Source of the DNA: Actinomycetota bacterium
GTDB taxonomy: Bacteria > Actinomycetota > Actinomycetes > S36-B12
Reading direction: 5' to 3'
DNA: 43,035 bases
Assembly: GCA_009699705.1 (NCBI GenBank)
Contig: WLNQ01000001.1
Coordinates: 1 to 43,035, forward strand
In this document: positions 9,068-17,646 of the stretch, in pieces
Position numbering within the stretch: position 1 is the stretch's first letter
Layout: the number at the start of each line of letters is the position of its first letter
Position numbers and translations under genes: made by a program
Notes under the pieces: generated by a model
Seen by the model: the letters and a program-made list of their open reading frames with translations, nothing else
What the model was told of the DNA's origin: nothing
The model's database searches: none

Positions 9068-9331
9068 CTGACCCAGCTAAAACCGGTCATGGTGGGATGA
9101 CTTGCGTCTTTGCAACAACAATTCACCACTCTCGCACGCACGTCGGACTTGGTGTATCCCGTTTATGGGTCAAGTGGAACAGCAGTGTCAGCATTCTTAG
9201 GTGCGCGCAGTTTAAAAATTCCGGACACACGAATACAGCGATGCGCTCACACGTTTTCGGGAGGACTACTGCCACAATTTGCCTCAAGCCCAGGCGGATT
9301 TCGTTTGGGCATCACTCTGAAAGGGCGCACA

Positions 9332-9712
9332 ATGTTTAATGACAATGGTCATTTCCTGCTAGGCCTGCTTGAATTCTTCCTCTTCTTTGCCTGGGTCATG
9401 TGCTTGTTCTGGGTACTCAGCGATGTGTTCCGCAGCAAAGACTTGGGCGGCGGCGCCAAGACAATTTGGGTGCTGTTTGTCATCGTGATTCCATGGCTTG
9501 GCATTCTCGTTTACGTCATCGCTCGCGGAAATGGCATGCAGGCACGTGCAATTGAGCAGCAGAAGGAAGTACATGCAGCTCAGGCGGCATATCTGAAATC
9601 TATGACTGGCAATTCGACCGACGAAATCACGTCAGCTAAGACGCTGCTTGATAGCGGTGCAATTACCCAAGCTGAATTCGATCAAATTAAGACGAAGGTT
9701 CTCGCTTCTTAA
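9332..9712 (+). CDS. PLDc_N (cardiolipin-synthase N-terminal-like) membrane domain fused to a SHOCT domain
   Basis: Part of ORF 9110..9712. I start it at ATG 9332 (MFNDNGHFLLGLLEFFLFFAWVMCLFWVLSDVF...KTIWVLFVIVIPWLGILVYVIARG), preceded by aaaggg. The C-terminal AKTLLDSGAITQAEFDQIKTKVL is a SHOCT motif. The 74-aa upstream extension is not protein-like. Confidence 0.75.
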   Translation: MFNDNGHFLLGLLEFFLFFAWVMCLFWVLSDVFRSKDLGGGAKTIWVLFVIVIPWLGILVYVIARGNGMQARAIEQQKEVHAAQAAYLKSMTGNSTDEITSAKTLLDSGAITQAEFDQIKTKVLAS

Positions 9713-9724
9713 TTTTGCTGAGAA

Positions 9725-9764
9725 CTGGGGCCGCACGAGTAATCGTGAGGCCCCAGTTTTTTTT
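9725..9764 (+). terminator. Rho-independent terminator
   Basis: ctggggcc (9725-9732) pairs with ggccccag (9749-9756), followed by an 8-T run (9757-9764). It sits 13 nt after the stop at 9712. Confidence 0.85.
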
Positions 9765-9926
9765 ATGTTCGATAGGTGATGTCCACTCAGTAGCGTGCGG
9801 CATTCTCCCGCTTCGAGATCGGGGATTTCTGAACATTGCGATCAATGCGGCGGATTGCCACATAACGGGCATCCTCTTATCCAAATTCCGCTACTTCTGC
9901 TGCATTCTGAGAACTGAACAATTACC

Positions 9927-11207
9927 ATGCAAACACAGCGCCACCGTCGAATGGGGTTCACCATGCCTGCTGAAGTAGAGACTGTCGAAGATTTCCAACT
10001 CCGGGCACGCACATGGCTGGCTGAGAACATGCCCAAGGCCGGCAGCCTGCCTATCCGCGAAGGTATCGATCCTGAAGAACAAGTGTGGCTCGATGCGCGC
10101 GACCTACAAAAGAAGCTCTTCGCCGGTGGTTTTGCGGGAATCTGTTTCCCTAAGGAATATGGCGGGCAAGGACTCACCCGTCCGCATCAAGCCGCTTTCA
10201 ATCAGGAATCCGCTGATTACGAAATGCCCGTTGTCCTCAACGTCCCTTCCCTCGCAATTTGCTCAGCGATGCTTTTAGATATGGGGTCTGAAGACCAAAA
10301 GCAAAAGTACATTCGCGGGGCTATTTCTGGTGAATTGGTTCTCTGCCAATTTCTCTCAGAACCTAGCGGCGGTTCAGACTTGGCCGGCTTACTCACGCGC
10401 GCTCAACGCGACGGTGATACCTACATTATTAACGGACAAAAATGTTGGAGCACCAACGCTTTCGCAGCTGACTTCGCAACCTGTTTAGTTCGCACAGATT
10501 GGGACGCACCAAAGCATCGTGGACTATCAATGATCATCGTCCCCGTTCACGATCCAGCCACCCACTTGCAACGAGTGCAGATGGTCAATGGGTCGCGTGA
10601 ATTCTGCGAGGAATTCTTTACTGACCTCGTTGTGCCTGCAGAGAATCTTGTCGGGGTCGAAAATGACGGATGGACAGTTGGCCAACGTCAATTGTTCTTT
10701 GAGCGCCAAGCAGTCGGTGGTGGCTCCGCATACACCAGTGGAAACGCCCGAGCACGTAACACTGGGCATGATGCGATCACACCGGCCAGTCTTGCAACTC
10801 GAGTTGGCAAGAACTCTGATTCAGCAGTTCGTGAACTCGTTGGTTGGTCACACGCCAATGACGTCGTCAATACTCAGGTGATTAAGCGGGTGACGGTGGG
10901 TATGACTTCTGGGGAATATCCAGCTCATGCAAGTTCCATTATGCGACTCACTGGCGCGGAAACAAACCAACTTCGAAACGACATCATGTTCGAAATAGCC
11001 GGAGAAGAAGCAGTCGTAGCCGATCTCAATGACCAAGCGGTTTTGCGGCAAACCGGCGTTGCATATTTGATGCGTCAGGCCGGCAGCCTTGGTGGTGGCT
11101 CCACTGAGATGAGTCGCAACATGATTTCCGAGCGCGTGCTCATGATGCCTCGTGAACTAGCTGCAGATCGAGATGTTCCCTTCCGAGATGTTCGTAGAGG
11201 ACGCTAA
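9927..11207 (+). CDS. Acyl-CoA dehydrogenase
   Basis: ORF track, 426 aa. FLSEPSGGSDLAG (S/T-E-P-x2-G-S-D FAD/substrate motif) and C-terminal GGGSTEMSRNMISERVL. The start may be ATG 9963 (MPAEVETVEDFQLRARTWL). Confidence 0.85.
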   Translation: MQTQRHRRMGFTMPAEVETVEDFQLRARTWLAENMPKAGSLPIREGIDPEEQVWLDARDLQKKLFAGGFAGICFPKEYGGQGLTRPHQAAFNQESADYEMPVVLNVPSLAICSAMLLDMGSEDQKQKYIRGAISGELVLCQFLSEPSGGSDLAGLLTRAQRDGDTYIINGQKCWSTNAFAADFATCLVRTDWDAPKHRGLSMIIVPVHDPATHLQRVQMVNGSREFCEEFFTDLVVPAENLVGVENDGWTVGQRQLFFERQAVGGGSAYTSGNARARNTGHDAITPASLATRVGKNSDSAVRELVGWSHANDVVNTQVIKRVTVGMTSGEYPAHASSIMRLTGAETNQLRNDIMFEIAGEEAVVADLNDQAVLRQTGVAYLMRQAGSLGGGSTEMSRNMISERVLMMPRELAADRDVPFRDVRRGR

Positions 11208-11250
11208 ACACCGCCTGCAAAGTTCCAAACTGGAATTGAGCTGCGTTCTG

Positions 11251-12123
11251 CTAGATATCTGACAGTCGTGGAACGACCCGTGACGTAAAGCGTTCAACCC
11301 AATCGGCAGGGTCAGGTCCTGGCGGGGAAACCCACACTTGGTCAACACCCATTGCCGAATATTTCTCCATCTGGCTCAGGAACTGATCGACGTCCGGCTC
11401 GTGCCCGGGAGCACCACTTGTGATCGTTTTATGAACTGTGGCCGGGTCTCGCCCTAGATCTTCACAATGTTGATGAAGCACATTTATCTTGTGCTGGATC
11501 ACTTCGGGATCTGTACCAAACAGGTTGCATGCGTCGGCGTACTGAGCCACGAGGCGCAGAGTTTTTTTCTCGCCGCCTCCGCCGATCAAGATTGGCGGAC
11601 GGGGCTGCTGAATCGGGCGAGGTACACATATCGTTTCAGCTAACTGATAGTGAACTCCGTTGTAAGGACCCTCGTCATCGCTCCACATCTGTAAGCAGAT
11701 TTGCAAGGCTTCTTCGAGTCGCTCGAATCGCTCTGAAATTGGTGGAAACTCCACACCCAGGCCACGATGCTCACGCTCGTACCAAGCTGCACCAATACCC
11801 AGCTGGGCGCGGCCTTGGGAAAGCACATCAAGGGTGGCCACCGTTTTTGCTAATAATCCGGGCTGCCGGTAGGTCACTCCGGTAACGAGTAAACCCAAGG
11901 TAATGCGGCTGGTGTGTGCGGCCAGGAAACCTAAAGTTGTGTAACCCTCAAGCATCGGATCATGAGCTGTGGCGAGCTGTTCCATCTGAAACCAATGATC
12001 CATCACGGTGAATACCGAGCAGCCACCTTCTTCTGCTGCGCGAGCCGTGGCCGCAATAGTGGGCGCAATAGCCTGCGGGCCACCTGGCAAAGTGAAATTC
12101 GGGTAATGAATCGCAAGTCTCAT
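11251..12123 (-). CDS. Luciferase-like monooxygenase (LLM) class flavin/F420-dependent oxidoreductase
   Basis: ORF track, 290 aa. MRLAIHYPNFTLPGGPQAIAP...VFTVMDHWFQME...GRAQLGIGAAWYEREHRGLG is typical of the LLM F420-dependent oxidoreductase subfamily (recognised from memory). Confidence 0.8.
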   Translation of the reverse strand: MRLAIHYPNFTLPGGPQAIAPTIAATARAAEEGGCSVFTVMDHWFQMEQLATAHDPMLEGYTTLGFLAAHTSRITLGLLVTGVTYRQPGLLAKTVATLDVLSQGRAQLGIGAAWYEREHRGLGVEFPPISERFERLEEALQICLQMWSDDEGPYNGVHYQLAETICVPRPIQQPRPPILIGGGGEKKTLRLVAQYADACNLFGTDPEVIQHKINVLHQHCEDLGRDPATVHKTITSGAPGHEPDVDQFLSQMEKYSAMGVDQVWVSPPGPDPADWVERFTSRVVPRLSDI

Positions 12124-12497
12124 AATTCAAGACTAGTTTCCCAAGCCAATGTTCAGCGGATTATTAAATAATTTGGCAGGCGTCAATTTCCCGGCACACA
12201 CTCAGCCTCGTGTTTCTGAGTTGGCCCAGGACGCGCGAGTGGCTTCCCCTTGGATTATCGACATGTGGGCGCATCTGCCTATCTCAGCGGGTCACCCTGT
12301 ATTTCCTCAAAGCGACTGGCCTATAGCGTCGGGCTCACCGCGCCATCGAGCCAGTCTTCTCCACGAAATTCATCGGAGAATGTGGCCAACAAGTTGATGC
12401 GTGCGCTTGGACATCACCGGACGGATCTCTCGTGTCCCGGCATTACTCAGCCTTGCTGAGCCGCACTTCTTCATTAGCGGTGACTAGCTTCATTGAT

Positions 12498-13010
12498 CTA
12501 GCTTCCGGTTTCCTTTTGGATTGCGGCTTGCAAACTGTCACACGCCTGCTCAGTCACGCTGCCAGTGTTTTTCCAAAAGATGCGTCCAGAGCGATCCACG
12601 CAGATCACTGAAACATTTTCAATCGTCGGTAAATCCAGCGACTGTCGAAATTGGTTGACCTGCCCATAGATCGTGATAGTTCGCGCCAGCACTCTGGGCA
12701 CCTTGATACTTGAAGCCATGCCACCGTCGATAAATCGGCGGACCACCGCATATTTCGCAGGCAGAACCGGGATTTCGATAACTACTGGTTCGTCGGCGCG
12801 CTGATCAACCGGTGAATCACAGATGCCCCGAGACGCCAGCGCCTTGATCCAGTCGTCAACTTGGGATTGCTGCCCTTGGCGAAAGGCTACAACCGCAATC
12901 GTGCGATCAGAAGGAAGTTCCGCAGGAAGTAGAAAGGAACGTCCGGCTAAGTCCTTGCCGACAACAGCAGGAAAGAAACCACGCGTTGAAGAATCTGCGT
13001 TCTTGCTCAT
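12498..13010 (-). CDS. Hypothetical protein (possibly a thioredoxin-like fold without redox cysteines)
   Basis: ORF track, 170 aa. The composition is coding-like. FPAVVGKDLAGRSFLLPAELPSDRTIAVVAFRQGQQSQVDDW resembles the start of redoxin/ATP10-like folds, but no CxxC is present. The family call is weak. Confidence 0.5.
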   Translation of the reverse strand: MSKNADSSTRGFFPAVVGKDLAGRSFLLPAELPSDRTIAVVAFRQGQQSQVDDWIKALASRGICDSPVDQRADEPVVIEIPVLPAKYAVVRRFIDGGMASSIKVPRVLARTITIYGQVNQFRQSLDLPTIENVSVICVDRSGRIFWKNTGSVTEQACDSLQAAIQKETGS

Positions 13011-13186
13011 GACTCAAGCATGGACCAAAGAGTTTGGAATCTGTGAAATTCATGTGGATCGGTCGTTTGCCTCGAACAGGATCAAGTAATGACCAGTCAT
13101 TTACTTTCCCTTAACCAAAACGTGGTGTTTCAGGAGTGCACGCCGACGCAGACTGCAGCCAAAAGGCAAACAGAGAGAAGGATCCC

Positions 13187-13849
13187 ATGAAGAAAATGAA
13201 TCGCATTGTCGCAGCAACTGCAGGGTTGGCTATTGCAGTTTCAGTTCCGCTCGTCGTTTCATCCGCATCTGCGGATAACAACAATAAGGGACAAGGAAAA
13301 GAATCGTCGCAGAATTCTTCCAACAGCTCATCGATTGCATCCTTGAAAATCACGCTCGCGCAAACGCAGGCCAATGCCATCACTTTGGCTCGAAAAAATT
13401 ATCTGACTGCCGCTTCGGCGGCACATCTGGCTTGGCGATCATCACTCATGACAATCCAAAATGATCTTCTTGCTGCAGTGAGCACACCGCGACTCAATCT
13501 GGTGATTGCCCAAGATGCGTACGATTTTGCCAAGGACACCAAGACGGACACGACTGCCGCTGCTTCTGCAGTGACAAGTGCACAAACCGCCTACCAAGCA
13601 GCAGTAACGGCAGCCAAGGCGTCAGCCCAGACAAAGTCGGCTGCTGGAAAGAGCACCGCACAGACTGCTCTCGATAAAGCCAAAACTGATTACCAAGCCG
13701 CAGTGACTGCTTCCTTCCCTACAGGCACTGTGGTTCCACCAAGCCTGTTGATCCCACCTCGTGCCAGTTTTAACTGGTTGCACGAAAACGAGAACTGGAA
13801 TTTCGCTTTCAACAGCAACGGCTTGGCCCTAGGCCACTTCAAACGTTAA
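13187..13849 (+). CDS. Secreted Ala/Thr/Gln-rich protein of unknown function
   Basis: Part of ORF 13136..13849. I start it at ATG 13187 (MKKMNRIVAATAGLAIAVSVPLVVSSASA, a signal peptide with an A-S-A site). The mature part is low-complexity and helical, with internal repeats TAYQAAVTAAKAS / TDYQAAVTAS. Confidence 0.65.
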   Translation: MKKMNRIVAATAGLAIAVSVPLVVSSASADNNNKGQGKESSQNSSNSSSIASLKITLAQTQANAITLARKNYLTAASAAHLAWRSSLMTIQNDLLAAVSTPRLNLVIAQDAYDFAKDTKTDTTAAASAVTSAQTAYQAAVTAAKASAQTKSAAGKSTAQTALDKAKTDYQAAVTASFPTGTVVPPSLLIPPRASFNWLHENENWNFAFNSNGLALGHFKR

Positions 13850-13865
13850 TTGCGCCTGTAAAGGA

Positions 13866-13903
13866 GCTGGGGTGACGCATTGCGTGGCCCCAGCACCTTT
13901 TTT
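13866..13903 (+). terminator. Rho-independent terminator
   Basis: gctggggtgacgc (13866-13878) pairs with gcgtggccccagc (13882-13894) with 1 mismatch, 1 G-U pair and a 3-nt loop. A T6 run follows at 13898-13903. Confidence 0.8.
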
Positions 13904-14058
13904 ATGCCGCGTCTTGGGCCTTGTATGGGAGTAGGTGGCAGAACTACCCCCTACTCATGCAAAGGGTTCGCAACTGTCGGGTTCGACCTAGACAGTCCAA
14001 CTTGACCCGAATTAGTGTCGTTGTTGCTCCCCATGACTATCAACCTCCAAAAAGGATC

Positions 14059-15726
14059 GCAATGACAACCACCACTGGTTCCACTCGTCCAGCAAAGGCC
14101 CATGGCCAGTGGGCCATTGATGGCGATGCACCACTCAACGCCAACGAAGTCATGAAGCGTGAGGGTGATGGTCTGGCCGTTCGCGAGCGAGTGGAAAGCA
14201 TCTATTCAAAGCAAGGCTTTGATTCAATCCCCGGCGATGACCTTCGTGGTCGTCTGCGCTGGTGGGGGCTCTACACCCAACGCAAGCCAGGCATTGACGG
14301 TGGACGCACGGCTCAGCTCGAGCCAGAAGAGCTCGAAGATTCAAACTTCCTCATGCGTGTGCGCTCTGACGGTGGACGCCTTTCGCTTGAACAACTGCGT
14401 ACGATTGCAAATATTTCAATCGAGTTTGCCCAAGACACCGCAGATGTCACAGACCGTCAAAACATTCAACTTCATTGGATTCGTATTGAAGACGTCCCAG
14501 AAATCTGGCGTCGACTAGAGGCTGTCGGACTTTCCAGCGCTCAGGCTTGTGGCGATGTGCCCCGGGTTATTTTGGGTTCACCGGTTGCCGGTGTTGCCGT
14601 TGACGAGATCATTGATGGCACCCCTGCCATCGAAGAAATTCTTCAGCGCTTCCTTCTTGACCCAGAACTGGCCAACCTGCCCCGCAAATTCAAGTCTGCA
14701 ATCAGTGGTTCACCTCGACTAGATGTCGCGCACGAAATTAATGACATTTCATTCGTCGGAGTCGTCCATCCAGAACATGGCCCTGGCTTTGACCTATGGG
14801 TCGGTGGCGGATTGTCAACGAATCCACACCTGGCTGTTCGACTTGGCGCTTGGGTTGCACTCGCTGACATTCCTGATGTCTGGCATGGCGTTGTCAGCAT
14901 CTTCCGCGATTACGGGTACCGCCGCCTGCGCACGAAGGCTCGGTTGAAGTTCCTCGTATCTGACTGGGGTGCTGAAAAGTTCCGCGAAGTTCTTGAAACT
15001 GAGTACCTGCACCGCAAGCTCGTTGATGGCCCCGCTCCTACGCCTACGATTCAGCGAGATCATGTTGGTGTGTTTGCGCAAAAGGATGGACTCAACTACG
15101 TGGGTGCTGCACCTACCGTTGGTCGCCTCTCCGGACAACGCTTATTAGCACTCGCTGATCTAGCCCAAGCTGCTGGATCTGATCGCGTCAGTCTCACGGC
15201 AGACCAAAAGATCGTCGTCGTCAACGTTGCGACTGATCGGGTTGAAGCATTGGCAGCTGGCTTGTCGGCGATCGGGCTTGAGGTTTATCCCTCGGAGTTC
15301 CGTCGGGGAACCATGGCTTGCACCGGCGTTGAGTACTGCAAATTGGCAATGACTAACACCAAAGATCGCGCAACAGCTCTCGTCGCCGAGCTAGAAACCC
15401 GTATGCCGACGAATGCCATTCCGTTAGCCGTCCATGTCAACGGATGCCCGAACTCTTGTGCACGAATTCAGGTTGCCGATATCGGGCTCAAGGGTATTCG
15501 CGCCCTCGACGCAGACGGCAATGACGTCGAAGGATTCCAAATCCACCTTGGTGGCCGACTTGGCCAAGATTCAGGCTTTGGGCGCACCGTAAAGGGATTG
15601 CGTCTGCCCGCAAATGATCTTCCTGATTATGTAGAACGTGTCTTCAACCGCTTCATCGCCGAGCGCGATGGCGAAGAAGCATTCAGCACCTGGGCCCTAC
15701 GAGCAGATGACGAGGCAATCCGATGA
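14059..15726 (+). CDS. sirA: Ferredoxin-dependent sulfite reductase (NirA/SirA family, siroheme-[4Fe-4S])
   Basis: Part of ORF 13921..15726. I start it at ATG 14059 (MTTTTGSTRP), preceded by aaaggat. Cys clusters ACTGVEYCKLA and VNGCPNSCARIQ (C-x5-C ... C-x3-C). The resulting 555 aa is the length I recall for mycobacterial SirA. Confidence 0.9.
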   Translation, partial: AMTTTTGSTRPAKAHGQWAIDGDAPLNANEVMKREGDGLAVRERVESIYSKQGFDSIPGDDLRGRLRWWGLYTQRKPGIDGGRTAQLEPEELEDSNFLMRVRSDGGRLSLEQLRTIANISIEFAQDTADVTDRQNIQLHWIRIEDVPEIWRRLEAVGLSSAQACGDVPRVILGSPVAGVAVDEIIDGTPAIEEILQRFLLDPELANLPRKFKSAISGSPRLDVAHEINDISFVGVVHPEHGPGFDLWVGGGLSTNPHLAVRLGAWVALADIPDVWHGVVSIFRDYGYRRLRTKARLKFLVSDWGAEKFREVLETEYLHRKLVDGPAPTPTIQRDHVGVFAQKDGLNYVGAAPTVGRLSGQRLLALADLAQAAGSDRVSLTADQKIVVVNVATDRVEALAAGLSAIGLEVYPSEFRRGTMACTGVEYCKLAMTNTKDRATALVAELETRMPTNAIPLAVHVNGCPNSCARIQVADIGLKGIRALDADGNDVEGFQIHLGGRLGQDSGFGRTVKGLRLPANDLPDYVERVFNRFIAERDGEEAFSTWALRADDEAIR

Positions 15727-16430
15727 GCATCGCCCAACGAAGTGACGCACGAGTCCTCCAAGCTGTTGCACGTTACGCAACAGCGGGTTTACAGGGCGCG
15801 GATGCCGCTGAGATTATTCGTTGGGCAGCTGATTCATTTGCAGGTCGCGTTGTTGCGACTCAGGCCATGGCAAACACAACCATCTCTCATCTCATCGCAT
15901 CGGTTGCACCAGAAATTCCTGTTGTCTTCCTTGATACTGGTTACCACTTTTCCGAGACGCTCCAAACTCGCGATGACCTCGTAGCCCGCACCAATATCAA
16001 TTTGTTAAGCATCACGCCGACAATGAGCGTGAAAGAACAAGATGATATTTACGGTGAAGATCTTTGGGACCGAGATCCAGACCTTTGCTGCAAATTGCGC
16101 AAAGTAGTGCCGATGGAAGAATCGCTCGTGGGGTACGAAGCTTGGATTACCGGCCTTCGCGTTGCGGCTGCGCCTCATCGTGATGACGTTCCTGTAGTGG
16201 AATACGACGAGAAGCGCGGAGTCTTAAAGATTTCTCCACTATTGAATTGGTCAGATGAAGACCTGCTTCGTTACACGATGGAGAATGACGTACCCGTTAA
16301 TCCGTTGATGTATCAGGGATATCCATCAATTGGTTGCGCCCCTTGCACCGCGCGTGTCGATGCTGGTGCTGATCCACGATCTGGTCGCTGGGCAGGCAAA
16401 GACAAGAACGAATGCGGTTTGCACACATGA
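15723..16430 (+). CDS. cysH: Adenosine 5'-phosphosulfate (APS) reductase, Fe-S type CysH
   Basis: ORF track, 235 aa. PAPS_reduct fold with CCKLRKV, SIGCAPCT and C-terminal KNECGLHT. The CC...CxxC set marks the Fe-S APS-reductase subgroup. ATGA overlap with sirA (15723-15726). Confidence 0.9.
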   Translation: MSIAQRSDARVLQAVARYATAGLQGADAAEIIRWAADSFAGRVVATQAMANTTISHLIASVAPEIPVVFLDTGYHFSETLQTRDDLVARTNINLLSITPTMSVKEQDDIYGEDLWDRDPDLCCKLRKVVPMEESLVGYEAWITGLRVAAAPHRDDVPVVEYDEKRGVLKISPLLNWSDEDLLRYTMENDVPVNPLMYQGYPSIGCAPCTARVDAGADPRSGRWAGKDKNECGLHT

Positions 16431-17644
16431 GTAGTTACCCAATCTCACTCAACCTTGCCGGGAAACGAGTTGTAGTTATTGGTGCGGGAAGTGTGGCTGC
16501 ACGAAGAGTCATCTCCTTGATCGAAGCTGGTGCACGTGTGTTGGTCATATCCCCAAGCAGCAACTCTCGGATTGCAGAATTGGCGCAAGCAGGATCGCTC
16601 GAGTTCGTCGAACGCACCTATTTCAAGGGTGACCTTGACGGTGCTTGGCTCGTACACGCAGCGACCAATGACGCGCAGGTAAACGAACGAGTTGCCGCCG
16701 ATGCCGATGCGCAAGGTACTTGGTGCATCCGAGCAGATAAAGCAATGTTGTCGGAAGCTTGGACTCCAGCCTCAACTCGCGTAGATGAAATCACCGTGGC
16801 TGTAACAGCTGGCGGGGATCCACTCCGTGCCATTGCAATTCGTGATGCCATCGCCGAGCAACTCTCGCAAGGTTTGCTGCCTATTCGCCGGGTTCGGCCT
16901 ACTGATGGCCACGTTGTACTCATTGGCGGCGGTCCTGGCGATCCAGACCTCATCACCGTACGCGGCCGCCGCGAGCTCGCAAAAGCTGATGTAGTTGTCT
17001 TTGACCGCCTCGGGCCCACTTCGCTCCTTGACACTCTTTCCGCTGACGTCGAGCAGATTGAAGCCGGCAAACGTCCAGGACATCACACTTTGACCCAAGA
17101 TGAAATAAACGCAGTGATCGTTGATCGCGCACTCAAGGGCAAGCGGGTAGTTCGACTAAAAGGCGGAGATCCGTTTGTATTCGGTCGCGGCTCTGAGGAA
17201 GTTCAGGCTTGTATCGCTGCTGGAGTAACAGTTGAAGTGATTCCCGGCATCAGTTCTGCCGTTGCAGGGCCCGCAGCTGCCGGCATTCCAGTGACGCATC
17301 GCGGCCTAGCAAACGGTTATGTGGTGATCACTGGCCATCAGCTTCAAGACCTCACTGCACTAGCTCAACTTGATTTAACTCTCGTTGTCTTGATGGGAGT
17401 AGCAACCCTTCCTGAACTCACCTCGGGTTTGATGCAAGCAGGGAAGTCTTCTTCCACACCCGTTGCACTCATTGAACAAGCTTCAACACCTCACCAAAGA
17501 GTGACGGTGGGTACCCTTTCCACAATTTGTGCGACTGCTTCATCAGTGGGCGTGCGAAACCCAGCCGTCATTGTCATTGGTGATGTGGTCGCGGTTCCAA
17601 ACTTGCTTGCTGCTCAATCAGCACTTGCCCAAAGCATTCGCTAG
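16427..17644 (+). CDS. cysG: Siroheme synthase, CysG-type fusion (precorrin-2 dehydrogenase/ferrochelatase N-domain + uroporphyrinogen-III C-methyltransferase)
   Basis: Part of ORF 16412..17644. ATG 16427 gives an ATGA overlap with the cysH stop. N-domain LAGKRVVVIGAGSVAARRV (NAD binding); C-domain VVLIGGGPGDPDLITVRG (SUMT signature). Confidence 0.85.
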   Translation: MSSYPISLNLAGKRVVVIGAGSVAARRVISLIEAGARVLVISPSSNSRIAELAQAGSLEFVERTYFKGDLDGAWLVHAATNDAQVNERVAADADAQGTWCIRADKAMLSEAWTPASTRVDEITVAVTAGGDPLRAIAIRDAIAEQLSQGLLPIRRVRPTDGHVVLIGGGPGDPDLITVRGRRELAKADVVVFDRLGPTSLLDTLSADVEQIEAGKRPGHHTLTQDEINAVIVDRALKGKRVVRLKGGDPFVFGRGSEEVQACIAAGVTVEVIPGISSAVAGPAAAGIPVTHRGLANGYVVITGHQLQDLTALAQLDLTLVVLMGVATLPELTSGLMQAGKSSSTPVALIEQASTPHQRVTVGTLSTICATASSVGVRNPAVIVIGDVVAVPNLLAAQSALAQSIR

Positions 17645-17646
17645 CA

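Noticed and set aside
13088-13101. aatgac-ca-gtcatt inverted repeat in the divergent 13011-13186 promoter region
   Set aside because: It is a single 6-bp-arm repeat with no second copy and no adjacent regulator, so the evidence is insufficient. The ggctaac/gttagcc pair at 35160-35190 was set aside for the same reason.
13921-14058. 46-aa N-terminal extension of the sulfite reductase ORF (TTG start)
   Set aside because: The extension is Arg-rich and not protein-like. ATG 14059 has an aaaggat RBS and gives the length I recall for mycobacterial SirA.
16618-17070. 150-aa minus-strand ORF inside cysG. Similar antisense ORFs lie inside other strong genes, e.g. 40718..41122 (-), 40193..40561 (-), 22838..23263 (-) and 33982..34401 (+).
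   Set aside because: All lie fully within genes that carry unambiguous family motifs on the other strand, and all have Arg/Ser/Pro/Cys-rich compositions typical of shadow frames.
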